The notes under the pieces: generated by a model
Told to the model about the DNA's origin: nothing
The model's input: the letters and a program-made list of their open reading frames with translations, nothing else
The model's database searches: none
Translations under genes and position numbers: made by a program
Part shown: piece after piece, positions 48,077 through 60,784 of the stretch
How positions within the stretch are numbered: position 1 is the stretch's first letter
How the letters are laid out: the number at the start of each line of letters is the position of its first letter
From: Marsupella aquatica
Taxonomy: Eukaryota > Plantae > Marchantiophyta
Assembly (NCBI GenBank): GCA_973895155.1
Contig: OZ316895.1
Span: forward strand, 17,030,170 to 17,094,169
Reading direction: 5' to 3'
DNA: 64,000 nucleotides

Positions 48077-49396
48077 ATGCAACCTGCCACAGTGCCGTCT
48101 TGCTCCTCCTCAGTGGCTGTACCGACTTCCATAGCGAGCCTACGAGGTTGTGGTGCCCCGTTGGACGCTCTGGACAGAAGTAGAAGGAGCAGCCCTAAAA
48201 TACATAGCCTGAGGAGTTACATTGGAGCCGAATCATGTGGAGTTTTATCTAGCGAAGCTCTGGCTCGCGGGTCACACAGTAGGAATTTCTCAGGAGTAAT
48301 GATTTCTAATCCTCGTAGCTCGATGAGAATCGCTGGGATACATGTGGGGAGGACAGCAGAAGCTGTGGAGCCAACTTATGGCGTAGGCCCTGTGGGAGGA
48401 GCAGATCGAGATCCCAGGACGAAAGGTTCTACTCCAGATGACTTCCGCGCTGACGATATTCACATGGCCGAGCCCAAGGAAATCACCAAGGAGAAGGCGG
48501 CCATAGCTCAAGACGAGCCCCCAGACTTTCAGGTATAATCATCATCGGTCCTCGTGCATTTGTGATACACTTGACCATTAAATTGTAGTCAAATTTCGAC
48601 TCAATCTTGTCTACCGCTTCAGCCGCTTCATTAAGGGCTGCCCTACTCCAGTGCTTCCGTTTCTTAAGGGTGAGAACTATAAGTACTTGTAGAAAGGAGG
48701 GTGAGAGACAATGTCCGTACTCCTACTCCACTCAAAACTTTGGATGGTCATCACCAGAAAAAAGCAACTATGTCTGCCGACCTTTAGTCCATCAAAAAGC
48801 TTAGACCATTGAAAGAGTTGAATTGTAATAGTTCGGTACGATTACTTATCATCATCATCCCACTTTATAGTTTAAACCATTGAAAGAGTTGAATTGTGAT
48901 GGTTCGGTACGACTCCTTATCATCTTCATCCCACTTCATATTTTAAACCATTGAGAAGTTGAATTGCGATTGTTCGGTGGTACGACTCCTTATCATCTTC
49001 GTCCATAGGCTCTATGTCCGAAGTTGAGGGACATGTACGTGGAATTACGTTTTGTGTGTGGACTCTAAATGACCCTCGTCGTTCGAGACATTGACATGCA
49101 AGCCTTGTACGACCGATATGGTCCATTTGCTACTGGCTCGTTGGCGTAATGAGAAAGCAGTCTCACCCTATGTAGTTATCTTTCAGGCAAAGAAAATGAT
49201 GCCTGGGTGGGGCGAACCGGTACGTGAGGAGGCCGACTCGCAACGAGAACCCGGGGATAAAGTATTTGAAGGCAAGACTCGTAAATTGGAAGGTACAGCC
49301 CAATGGGAAGGAGACACAACCGGGACTGAGTCTGGAGACAAAGTAGAGGGGCAATATGGTGCAACCCCTTCTGAGGGGAAAACTACGAGGGCCTGA
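48077..49396 (+). CDS. Two-exon hydrophilic protein of unknown function, possible plastid transit peptide (48077-48532, 49187-49396; alternative ATG at 48020)
   Basis: Ser/Arg/Ala-rich N-terminus followed by a charged G/E/T/K-rich region. The CAG|GTATAA donor and TTTCAG|GCA acceptor join ORFs 48020-48538 and 49091-49396 in phase 0. Confidence 0.6.
48806..49000. repeat. Tandem repeat of about 70 bp, about 2.7 copies, within the intron
   Basis: ACCATTGA(A)AGAGTTGAATTG.(A/G)AT.GTTCGGT...ACGA...CTTATCATC near 48806, 48876 and 48947. Confidence 0.85.
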
Positions 49397-50367
49397 TCAT
49401 TGGACGCCCGACTCACCTCCCCTATCTACAGAAAGAACAGAATAGCTCAAAGGTGGCAGTGAGTGGCATTACCACGTCCATCCCCGACGGAAATGGTGGA
49501 GCGTAATCAAATGAAGATGCCAGCAATGTTCGCCGAACAGGGCACGTACCTTAATGTTTGCACCTATATCAAATGCCAGTGTTTGGTGTTGATCGCCCAA
49601 GACAAATTGGTGTAAGATGAACTTTAGGAAAGCTTGAAGGGTTCTGAGGCGAGGAGAAACGACGGAAGCTTGGACTTCGAAGCTAACTGATCGACAAAAG
49701 AATTAGCAATATGAAGCATTGAACAGGACAAGGACGCCAGTAGGACGCAAGTAGGAAGATGCCCAACTCGTTCCTGGACTTATGTCATGTGAAGGGCTGA
49801 CTGGTCACATTCTAATAGTAAGAGGCACTTCTCCGAACATTCTAATTTTCTCTTAACGTGCTTTACAAATGACCAACCCGTTGTCTCTCATGGGCTCTAC
49901 TGCAACCCGCCAAGGCGATATAGGGGTATTGGAGGGACTGTCTGTCATCCGATGTCATGGAACAGTTTTCTACTTTCAGTTGAACTGCCTTCTGTTAGAC
50001 CACGGTTGATGGCGTGTCCCACACGGACATTAATATGGAATACAAAATGAAGGTTTAAGACACATCTTGTGCGGAGATTCTTCTCATGAGCGTCTCAAAC
50101 GCCGATTCAGTTCCTCTCTATTTATCATCCTATTGTAAGTTCTTCTACTTGAAATGGCTATCTACAACGTTCTTCCCCTTCATGTTCTTTTTTTTTACTA
50201 GTTGCAGCTAGTCCCGTCTCTCTGGTATGCATCTCATAAATTCTCTAGCGGAGGATTCGTTTTCAGTGCAGAGATTGCAATTCGTAGCTGTCATGACATC
50301 TAGTGCAAACATCAAAAAGATGTCATGACGGTGAATTTCGTAGAAGCTACTGGTGTTTTGATATTCC

Positions 50368-50437
50368 CGTGACACCACTTGCTCTTGCTGCCATGCAATG
50401 ATCGTGACACCACTTGCTCTTGCTGCCATGCAATGAT
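50368..50437. repeat. Perfect 35-bp tandem duplication adjoining the LINE 3' end
   Basis: CGTGACACCACTTGCTCTTGCTGCCATGCAATGAT occurs at 50368-50402 and 50403-50437. Confidence 0.9.
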
Positions 50438-50858
50438 CTTTTTTTCTTTTTTTCTTTTTTCCAAAAAAGGGGCGCAGAGACCCGTCCATATCATGCAAGG
50501 GGACGAAAGCCACCCAGGCAAAAAACACACACAGGGCCCAACCCCCAAGCCAAAACACCACACACACCCCACAAACCAGCCCTAATCCGGCCAAGGAGGC
50601 CTGAAGCCCCCCCTGCCCGGGACCCAATCACGTCTCCTAGTGAAAGTCTTGCTATTTTGTTGGTGTCCCCTTCTAGGGTTGATCCTATGATGTGACTGAA
50701 TACTAACTCTATAGTCCAAAGAAATCCTTTGCCTACTGCCAACCTTAGTACTAAGGTTCCTAAAAAATCGTCTCCTACCCTCCTTAAATTCCATGAGGTT
50801 GGTGCAAAGCCAGGTGCCCTGCTGTTGCCTGACAACCCTCACAATGATGAGCTTGCAA

Positions 50859-53800
50859 TCAATCTTCAGTTTCATTAGTGTTAAGGGCAAGTGGCATGTC
50901 GACAGTCTCCCATGGTTTAAGTACAACCTGGAGTTGGTCAAGAGCACTACACAATTGTCTTCGTTTCTTTTCAGAACTGCAGATGTCAATCATAGCCTTG
51001 AGATGAGTTTCTGTTTGCCGAAGGACGACCCAACCGGGGAGGCGACCCAAAAACTGAGAGTAAGTAGCGTCATTCCGTTCTTTCCAAATGCTGGAGCACA
51101 TCTCCATAATCAATACCATCGGGCCAGGTTTCCTTTTATGGAACTGCACAGCAATAATGATCGCTTCGTACAAAGATCTTTGTGAAATCTTCCAATCTCC
51201 AGCTCGTTGTAGAAGACGTTGGACCTCTCCCCATCTACCAATAACAGTAGGACAGCTGAAGAACATGTGTTCAGTGTGCTCAAAATGAGTTTTACACTTA
51301 GCACATAAGCCATCCGAAACTCCCCAGTGACTAGCCCTGCCATTGGAGAAGAATCCATGATTCGACAATCTCCACAGAAAGAATTTCACCTTGGGGAAAG
51401 ACCAGCCTCCCCAGATTTTCTTCCAGTACTGCTGCCAATGCTGTGAGGAGCTGACCTGTCCCCAACGCCGGTTCAGCTTAGTGACATCAAGCTCCCTGGT
51501 TAGGGTGCATTGGCTCCAAGTCCTAGTTGAGAAAGACCAGCCTCTATTCTCCCCCCCCCAGTCCCATTGCCAACCGGCACAGTCCTGCAGCTCAACCATG
51601 GCAATTTTCAAAAAACATTGTAGTTTGCTATAGAAAATGCTGAAAGCTTCGTTACCAATCCTCCTAGTGCTCCGGGTCCGACAACAGATCTCATCCTCCA
51701 GGATCCACCTGCCAAGCTGAGACCTGAGATCAAGCAGAGTCCTAATTCTACGATTAGCCATAAACCTCCTCAAGTCCGTGCCCTGTTGTGCCGTGGTTTG
51801 GGTGTTGCGCAGGTACAGAAGCACAACTTGTTCAATGGAGAGATGGGATGGAAGCTTCCCTTGTCCAAAATTGAAAAGAAGGTGGCTACTCGCATTGTTC
51901 CAACCCTTAAGCAGACCCCGCAGTGTAGGGGAGCCCTGGATCTTCAGCTCATCACTCTGCAGCAAGGCTTCAGTAACAGTCCACCTTCTGCGCTCCTTCT
52001 TGCCCTGTCCAGAGTTGCAGCACTTCTTAATGATCTCCTGTGCCATCTTCACCCATTCCCTGTCCGCCCCAATGATGAGTTTAGAGATATGCCTCATCTT
52101 TAGTGCTTCGGCCTGTTCTTCAAAGCGCTGAATTCCCAGTCCCCCTTGGCCCTTTGGTGTAGCAATCACCTTCCACGCAATAAGGGCTTTCTTGGACCCA
52201 TTGTTTTCTGACTGACCCCATAGAAAGCCACGACAGATTTTTTCCATCTCCATAAATCCAGTCTTGTAGAGCGACAATGTCATCAGGTGATAGGTCGGAA
52301 TTGACCTCAAGACGTGCTTCATCAGAATAGCTCTCCCAACCATAGTCAAACTCCGATAAGTCCAATGGTTCAGCCGACAACGCAATTCCCCGACCAGGAA
52401 AGCAGCGGCATGAGACGGGCGCACCTTATACCCAATAGGACACCCCAGATACTCAATGACTTCCCCTTCCTTGGCGATTCTGTATCCAGTGTTCTTCATC
52501 CACTCTGGGTAGTGCCCTTGCATAAAGTAGATCGGTATAATCTGAGATTTCTTCACATTCAAAAGAGCTCCAGAGATGTTCTCATACTGTTGCACTGTCT
52601 TCCTAGCTTCCACAAAGTCATTCTCCGTTGCTGCCAAGAAGAGGCCTGTGTCGTCCGCGAACAGTGATAGCAAATGTTGTTGTTGTTGGCAACTTTCAAT
52701 CCTTGTATGTGCCCTGCCTCCAGTTGCTTCTTAAAGAGTGCCATCAATGGTTGAGTCGACAGAGCAAAGAGAAGTGGGGACAAGGGGCAGCCTTGCCTCA
52801 CCCCCCTCTCCAACTGAATGGGTTCTGTGAACCTCCCATTAACGTGAACTTTGGATTGAGTATTTACCACTAGCCCTTGCACAAGCAGAATAACATGCTC
52901 ATCAAAATTCATCGCCCTCAGCACCGCCCACAGGAAGGAATGAGCCACCCGATCGTAGGCTTTGGTGAAATCCAGTTTGAAGAACACAAGTGGCTGCTTG
53001 CTGAGTGGCGCATGCTCCTGGGCCATCTTGAAGGTCAACAGGTTATCCAAAATGTCACGGCCTTCCAAAAAGCCCGTCTGTTGTGGATCCACCAACTTAC
53101 TTGCCACCCCCTTGAGACGATTGGCCAGCAGCTTTGCAATCAATTTCTCAGTCAGGGTAAGCATGGTAAGAGGTCTCCAATTGCTCAGCTCCTGTGTGTC
53201 TCCATTCTTAGGAATCAGCTTAATGACGCCGGCGGAGGCCCTAGTAGTAAGCTTTCCATCCTTCCAATATGCATGGATCATAGCGACACAGGCTGGCTTC
53301 ATGAAATCCCATCCCTTAATCAACATTTCAACTGTCACACCATCCAGCCCAGGGGATTTCTCCTTGGGCAGGGCGAATACCATCTTTTCAATTCCTCCTC
53401 ACTAGGTAGTCGCCCAATTTTCTGGTTGTCAGCTTGTGTAGCCTTAGTAGAGATCAGCCCCAACACCTCCCCTAGAGCATCCTGATGCGTCAGAACCTGT
53501 GTGTCTGCAGTGTACAATTCTGAGTAAAATTTATGTATTTCCCCAAGGATAATGGTCTCATCTTCGGTAATTTCCCCATTCCCTCTCTTCAACTGCTTGA
53601 TGCTCTCCTTAGCATGCTTCGCTTTGAGCTGGTTGAAAAAGTACTTGGTAGGAGCTTCCCCTAGTTTTAGCCATCTCACCCAACTTTTCTGTCGCAACTT
53701 GATGGCATCCGCTTTAGCCTGTTCCCTAGTTCTATCCTCAATCCTGCCAAGCTCGTCCAACTGGTACTTAGAAGGATTTGCCCCCAGCTCAGTTCTGAGC

Positions 53801-54773
53801 TTGTTCAGCTCATCCCCTAGGTGCCCAGTGTTCCTGTTTGCCGCTCTCTTTCGCTTCTCCCCCTGGAGTAGCTGTTTAGTGGCCCCCCAACAGAGGTCCC
53901 AATTCACCCTGGGATCCCGGTTCTCCACCCAGTTTTCCTTCCATACCCGTTCAAGTTCCTGTTTCATCTCAGGAGACTCAACTAATTTTGCATCCATTTT
54001 GAAATAAGTGGCCTTCCTATGTGCATTCAAGGACAACTTTTGTCGTAACACAAAGGTGGTCACCACTGGGACATGGTCGGAGATGGTCTCCCTACCGTCA
54101 TGCATACAAGATTTCACATACTCACACCATTGATTTCTATTATTGTTGTAGTTGCGATCCAGACGTGACTGGTTGTAGCGGTCAGACTTCCTAGCTTGCT
54201 TGGTGTAGTATGGACCAGTACGAGTGCCTGAGATAACTGTCCACCAAATCTAGGTGGTCACTAATCTGTTCCAGGCTCTAGCCTCTGAGCCATGGATGAA
54301 GGCCGATGGGCCCACTGCATCATCGAATAAATTGGTCATGTTCCAATCTCCCCCAAAAATCCAATTCGACTCCTTCAGGTTGTTGCGTAGCCACTTCCAG
54401 AGAGAGGTCCTTAGACGTCTCTCGTTCGGGGCATAAATAGAACCCACACTGATCTCTCCCACGCAAGTCTTAATAGTTGCCACACAAAGGATCCGTCCCC
54501 TTTCCACCCGTGTTCCACAATCTGGTATTGCTTGGGGATCAACAGAGAAGCTCCAACCTTTCCTTCCCCATTCTGATCTACTAATTTAGTCCCTTCATGG
54601 TCGATGAGACCCAGTTGAAAAATAGCCCACTGCCTCTTAACCTTAAGTTCCTGGAAACAATAGATAGCCAAACCAAGCGTGTTGTTGTGAATCCATCTGT
54701 TGATCTGTTTAACCTTCAAAGGGTCTCCTAGCCCCCTCACATTCCATTGGCAAATGGTCAATTCGTCATTCAT
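50859..54773 (-). pseudogene. LINE ORF2 (AP endonuclease, reverse transcriptase, zf-RVT), frameshifted
   Basis: WNVRGLG..FQE, SIYAPN..GGDWN, SDHVPV, KSPGLDG, WRPLTML, QTGFLEGR, KLDFTKAYDRV, GVRQGCPLSP, LFADD, YLGCP and CAKC..EHMFFSC are spread over five ORF pieces. Confidence 0.93.
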
Positions 54774-57145
54774 CTAAGACCATTGTTATTTTGGCCCACT
54801 GTCTGTCTGCCTAGGCCGGTCCCCCTCTCTCCCGAAGTTGATTTGATCTCCGTCCCGTGGACTCCCTTCTCATCCACTCCTTTCCTAGGTCCCCGGTCCA
54901 AATTGTTGTTGGTGTTAAGCTTGGATTGTTCATAAGTGAGCATCCTCGGTCCAGTGCCGTCGGGTCTTTCTGTGACATGGTACGGAATTTCTTTCGGGAG
55001 AATTTCAGCCATTCTTTTATCACTGGCGAAGGTTGGGACAGCCCCAGTATGGGTACTCTTCCTGGTTTTTTTGGGTTGCTGTCGTGCTGGTGTGCCAGTC
55101 TTTGTTGGGGATGATTCCTTGCCTGATCCCCCAACATTTGGTGGGGATTGTGCTGCTTTCCTAGCGTTCTTCACTACCTCAGTATCCATAGGTTCCGCTC
55201 CCTCAGTTTCCGAAAAGCTGACCACAAAACCCGGGGGTATCAGGTCCATAGTTGCTGAAATATTACTGGGAATAGCAGGTTTCGAGCCTTCTTCACCTGG
55301 CTCCATACTGGCTTGCTGCCTGAGGTTGCCGGGTGGGGTTCCTGTGTGGATCCTTAAGTTTCCTGCTTCGTTTCCCACTCCTGTCTCCATCATAGCCGGA
55401 TTGGACGCTGGAGCGATCTCCCCTTCTTCCAGATCATTCAACATAGCCAGAGCACCAAAAGGGTTCTCACTCTGCCCAAGATTCGTTGCTGTTTCTCTTG
55501 CACCCTGCTTCCCTTTGTGTGAAGCCCTGGTTTTCACTATTGTGTACCCTTCTGTGTCTCTTTGCTCCTGCAGGATCCCCTGTTTGTCTGTTGGTGTGGG
55601 GGGTGACAATTCTGGCTGCTGTCTTGCTGGGCTCTTTCTCAAGCTGGGCTTGTTGGGGCAGTATCTTGCAATGTGTCCTCTCTGCTTGCAAGCAAAGCAA
55701 GCGTCTGGCAACGTCCTGTATATAACATCCACCCTGTATCTACCAACTCCTGGTATTGTCAGATCAATATATTCTACTAGATCCTCATTCAGGTTGCAAA
55801 GCACACATCCACGTATATGTGAGAATTTGCTTCTAGCCCTAGCAGTCTGTGCATACAGCACCTTACCAACTCTAGCTAGCATTTGATTAGCATAGTACTC
55901 AAAGGCTGGGTTGAGCAAAGGAAGATCTACCCACACGGGTGCTTTAGTGGATCTCATTGCTTTGGCATCAAAATCAGGTGTCCACGGCATAGCAATGACC
56001 ATCTTCCTGCCCATGCTAAGATAAGGCTCAAGTAGAATCGAGGTTTGGTCCTCTGGAGTGGATACCACAATCAGAAAAGTGTACCTAGCCAATACTTTGA
56101 TTTGTTCAATGGCAATATTCATTCGAAGCCCAAAGACCTCGTGGGCCCATTCTTCAAAGTAGTCTCTTGATGGGTTGAAATCTACTGTATACATTATGAT
56201 CCCCCTATTTTGTAAATGCAGGATACGACTCGCTACAATATTCTTTTCTACAACCAAAATTTCTGACCTCATTCCTGGTGTTGGATGCTCTGGGACCTGC
56301 GGCAGATGCGCCAGTTGCTCTCGCAGATCTTCATTGGATACATATATCCCGGCTTCTTTATCGAGGTTGTTATCGTAAGGGTTATCCTCCTCCTCCTCCT
56401 CCACTTGAAAGTCCACCAGGTCATCGTCTTCCGCTGGATCCCACACTGGGTCTTTGAACCCAAAGCTACCCCCCCTTTGTTGGCTAGTGCCAGCTGCTGC
56501 CATTGCGTACGAGCTTGCATTTTCCTCTGCCTGATGCGCCTGCCCTCTATATGATATTCCATCCTGGCAATCATGTGTGCGTGGGCTTCCGTTGTTGTCT
56601 CTGGCTGTGCCACTAAGGGGAATAATTACCTCCGAGCACATAGTGTCCTTGCTCAGCAATCCTTGGGCCCCATGCTGGCCTGCTGCCAAAGGCCTTGATG
56701 TGTGTTCAGGCTTCCCTAAGATTCTCTGCTCTTTTCTGGTTGCTTTAAGTTGCGCAGTGCTCAGGTGTGTGGCTCCTGCAAGGGTGGGTTCCACTTGCCT
56801 TGTGATTGGTGCCCTGCCTACGTTGCTTCCTTTTCTTCCCACATTGTGAGTAGTCAGCTCCCCATTTGTTTTCGCAGCTCCGTGATCTGACCTCCCCTGT
56901 GCAATTCCATTTACTGCATTTTTTTCCCCCCCACCAGACCAATCATTACCTTTGCTCTGGTCATGCCCTGTCAATTGCATCGTGCTCTCCCCCTGGTTGT
57001 ACTCTTCTGACAATTGGATTTCCATGTCAGTGCTGCAGTTCTCTTTCCCTAGCGTGATATCTCTGCATGCACCTTGCTTGCTCAAGCTCATCTCTTCTAT
57101 TCTAGTTGTGCTTCTTGCCATTCCGGATCGATTTTCCTGACTCAT
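54770..57145 (-). CDS. LINE ORF1 (DUF4283-like region plus CCHC zinc knuckle)
   Basis: Intact 791-aa ORF with PWTPDF..APVWVDLP and CFACKQRGHIARYC. Its stop overlaps the ORF2 start as ATGA. Confidence 0.9.
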   Translation of the reverse strand: MSQENRSGMARSTTRIEEMSLSKQGACRDITLGKENCSTDMEIQLSEEYNQGESTMQLTGHDQSKGNDWSGGGEKNAVNGIAQGRSDHGAAKTNGELTTHNVGRKGSNVGRAPITRQVEPTLAGATHLSTAQLKATRKEQRILGKPEHTSRPLAAGQHGAQGLLSKDTMCSEVIIPLSGTARDNNGSPRTHDCQDGISYRGQAHQAEENASSYAMAAAGTSQQRGGSFGFKDPVWDPAEDDDLVDFQVEEEEEDNPYDNNLDKEAGIYVSNEDLREQLAHLPQVPEHPTPGMRSEILVVEKNIVASRILHLQNRGIIMYTVDFNPSRDYFEEWAHEVFGLRMNIAIEQIKVLARYTFLIVVSTPEDQTSILLEPYLSMGRKMVIAMPWTPDFDAKAMRSTKAPVWVDLPLLNPAFEYYANQMLARVGKVLYAQTARARSKFSHIRGCVLCNLNEDLVEYIDLTIPGVGRYRVDVIYRTLPDACFACKQRGHIARYCPNKPSLRKSPARQQPELSPPTPTDKQGILQEQRDTEGYTIVKTRASHKGKQGARETATNLGQSENPFGALAMLNDLEEGEIAPASNPAMMETGVGNEAGNLRIHTGTPPGNLRQQASMEPGEEGSKPAIPSNISATMDLIPPGFVVSFSETEGAEPMDTEVVKNARKAAQSPPNVGGSGKESSPTKTGTPARQQPKKTRKSTHTGAVPTFASDKRMAEILPKEIPYHVTERPDGTGPRMLTYEQSKLNTNNNLDRGPRKGVDEKGVHGTEIKSTSGERGTGLGRQTVGQNNNGLR

Positions 57146-58013
57146 CCCCCCTCACATACACCGCACCACAGCCTGGGATCCGTCGAAGCGCTTCCCTACG
57201 GGAGCGCCATCGCCATCCTCATTTCGTGCTGGAGTCTCTTTTCCTGTCCGTGGTAACATAAGGCCGCCATGCAATGATCTAGAGAGGGATATTTGATTTA
57301 CTACGAATGTGCTTCCTTGTGTTGCCTCGCAGAGCATTGGATTCACTTTGAACATGAATCGCTTATGCTCTTAGCTGTCTGTAGCAGTTTACTTAGTTAA
57401 GACTCAAGTTCAAGGACTTGGCCAACAGCGAGACAAGGTTATAACGGTGCTTTCTGCAGAAGCAACTGATGTATCGAAAATCCTATGAACAGTAACGAAA
57501 TTTGATTATAAGCCGCTACATTTGATAAGTTGCGAAAATGCTTCCTTGCTGCCTCGCGGATCATTGGATTCATTTTGAACACGAAGCCCGGATGCTGTTC
57601 GCGTCTGTAGCAGCCTTCTCGTTGAAAACTCATGTCTTCCAGCACTTTGGGCTGGTGGAGTAGCCAGGGATGGTTGGTTTCCCCTCGAAACGGAAGAAAG
57701 GAAAGGTCGTTTGATTATAAGGGCGTGAGTGTCAAAGACCTAGCATCCTCAGTTGGTGCTAAAGCCTGCAGTGATCACGAAGGTTTGTTTTGTTTCTGGG
57801 AATTCTCTGCGCAACACGATCTGCCCAAAGAGCAGCCGCCAAGTTATAGTTTACTAGGGGCTCAATTCCTAGCATGATGATCTTGTTGGCTCAAACAAAT
57901 CTGATGCTAGAGAGAAAAAAGGGCTTAAGTCCTATCATGAGGACCTGTATTGCATCAATTGAATCTGATGCTCGAAAGAAAAAAACCTTGTTGAAGTGAT
58001 TACCAATTCTCAG

Positions 58014-58101
58014 AGCATATAATTACGTCGATTCCTGCCTTCGAATATGTCAGGAAACCTACCTCACAGCATATAATTATGTCGATTCCCGCCTTCGAAT
58101 A
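58014..58101. repeat. Short direct duplication
   Basis: AGCATATAATTA(C/T)GTCGATTCC(T/C)GCCTTCGAATA occurs twice, about 54 bp apart. Confidence 0.7.
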
Positions 58102-60784
58102 GGAAGATGACATAATTGTCCCGCTTCCCGACAAGGAAGCGCGAACGTTAGCCCGTCCCAAAGCACTTCTACACTCTGACGATTTGTAAAGTTCCCGTCG
58201 TCACGACACTCGCTCGACTCTGATTCAGTCACTAACGTACATCCACAACACAGTCATTCCCAGTTCCTTTCATCATCAGCAAGATCCGCGGAAACCATTG
58301 CCCCGTCTATGCACTGAGGACCTTGATTTGATCAGAACTCTGGAATCTGAGAGCCAGCGGAGGTCCGCACGACTAGACAAAATTTTGTAGGATTTCCCCC
58401 ACACGAGAGCTCAGAGTAGCTCACACCCCTCACCGCTGATTTCTATGTCTCCTTATTTTAGCTAGTGGATAGAATGTATGTACAGTCCCTGAAGCGGGTG
58501 TGCAAACATTCATTTCACTCCCAGGTACGGACATGATTCTGCATGACTGTAAGCCGGATCCTGAACATGAAAAGTTGAGTCGTGTGTTATGCAGACTGTA
58601 GGTGAAACTATTGTATAATTATTTCATCCGTCCACGAAAACGTCGGAAACTGGGAAGGCCGTGTTTTCCGTTCAAACAGCACACATCACTCAACCTACAT
58701 GCGCACGAACCGATCATTCAATGCGGGAAGTTCCACTTAACCTCATAATTACTGAATGGGAAGCACGCACGGCCAAGCCCTGATGTATCGTTCCCACTAC
58801 TGTGGAGGGAACCAGCACGGAAAGTAAGTTTTTAGACGAGACATCGCATTAATGATATCTCTGTGTTCCCTTTGTTGTGCATTTGTGCAAGGCGCCGGAA
58901 TGGAGACTGAATCACTGAATGTTTCCAACCTCTGCCCTTGCCCATACTGACCTTGGAACGCATGAGTTCTGAAATGGACAGAGTGCGGCTTGAGTAAAGT
59001 GGTAAAGCTAATGGTACCGAGATGTTCATGTGCGCAATTGTGCATGGCAAGCAATGCCAACTGGAAGAAGATTGCGTTGTACGCACTACGGCAGCAGCAA
59101 AGTTACAAGCACGAGGCGAGAGGATAACGCCGATAAATTGGCGGTGGCATGACCTACAGTAGCTTCGAAGGCTTGCCTGATTGGTTGATTCTCCATCTTC
59201 GTAAGTTTAAACGTGAAAAAGGTTGCATTCGCTCCGTGCCTCGCTTGGTGGACCATGTTGGTGGTGGGCTAGCGGAAGAGCGGAAGAGAAGGAAACAAGA
59301 AAGGAGGAAAAAGTACGACCGATAGGTCCGAACCTCCTGTTGTACTTGACCGCATCTCCGTTAGCCCTCATCTCTTATGTACACATTGTTTAAACGCTCG
59401 CTCGTAAACTCTGATATGTCAGCAGTGAGTGGCTTGTGTTGCACTGATGATTCTCGTTCGCTTCCCGAGTTTCCATCCTCCCTCATCACCAAGTGTAGTT
59501 TGTTATTATTATTATTATTGTACTCTACTTTAAGATGAGAATGAAAGCCAGCGACCCTTTGTCGTTGGACACTCGGCTTTGTCGATTTCTTTCTTGCAAC
59601 TGATGAGCAAGAAGAGTCGGGAAATTTGACTACCTTCTACGAGTGTTGCTAGAGGGTGGGAACGGAAGAGAGTGAGGCGCGAGGAAGAGGAAGAGGAAGA
59701 TCTAATTGACTGACTTTGCGTCGGTCGTCGTTCTTTATTCTGCTCGATTCATGGGGAATCGATGGAACGAAAAGTTTCTGATCGACATACAAACAAACAA
59801 ACAGACTATTTCTGTTCCTTAGTTCAGGGAATACAGAGACGAGATCCGATGCTGGGTCGCGCGCCAATTAGGTACGGTTGATAAGTGCTCTTGACGAGGA
59901 GGAACAGAGAGGGGTGGAGGAGGACGAACATAGGAGGAGCAGAATCAAGAAGGTGGTTTGGTTGTAACGCGGGATACGCACCCGTAGTGTAGTTTCGTTG
60001 AAGAAGGCAAGCAGGAAGGTAGGCCCGGTGCGAGTGTGGGCTGCGCGTGTCCCTCCCGCTTGTTCATCCGCACGGGGACGGATTTGCTCGCTCGCTCGCT
60101 CTCAATGCAGTCCTCACTCACTTACACGGTCGAAATTTGAGTGAATTATTGTGCTGTCTTGTTCTTTCCTCGGCGAAAGACGAAGACGAAGACTTCCGTG
60201 CTGCTTGATGGTTGCCGTTTCTGCCTCTGGTCTTTCTATCTCCTTCTGTCTCTCTCTCCAGGCATTAGGGTTTGAATTGGTGTTGCTCGCTGACTCAGAG
60301 GGGAAGGGACGGGACACTTTCAGACAGACGTGGTCGAGTGAAGAGCACAGCAAACCATGATGAAGGAGTTGTGAAAGGAGAGACTATCCGTCCTGTGAAC
60401 GCACGGCTCCTCCTTCGTTTTGATCGCGTTGCTGCTCTGGTGTTTTCACATGAGGCGCTTCATCCGTGAAGGTGACCGACTGACCGACCAATTGTGTACT
60501 TTATCAGCACTACAATAGGGAGGTGGTGGTGCAAATTGGTCAGCGACAGCATCCGAATACAGGGAGAAATAAGCAGCTTTGGACAGTGCGGACCAAGAAG
60601 ATCAAACATAGTGGGCAGACAGATTGGAAAGAAGGAATAGATTACGAGGAGCAGATTACGAGGAACATAGGCAGGAGGGTTCAGAACAGAAAGTCTAGGA
60701 GGGAAGTTAAAAGCAAGCAAGATAGATACGGAAGGGCAACTGGCAGCTCCTCCGGCGACAGAGGGTGGAGCGAGATTAGAACCA

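Larger units (their letters stand above)
50440..57265 (-). mobile_element. Full-length L1-clade LINE retrotransposon
   Basis: 15-bp TSD GCCATGCAATGATCT at 50425-50439 and 57266-57280. The T-rich run at 50440-50460 is the A-tail on the minus strand. ORF1 and ORF2 are both present. Confidence 0.95.

Noticed and set aside
54936-55886. 316-aa plus-strand ORF and other antisense ORFs over the LINE
   Set aside because: Shadow frames of LINE ORF1/ORF2 with no independent features.
57300-57630. Degenerate duplication of about 90 bp next to the LINE 5' end
   Set aside because: Real but small and diverged, with no evident function. The same applies to the GGCCCAAGTTTTTGAGTGAAG duplicate near 24785 and 24958.
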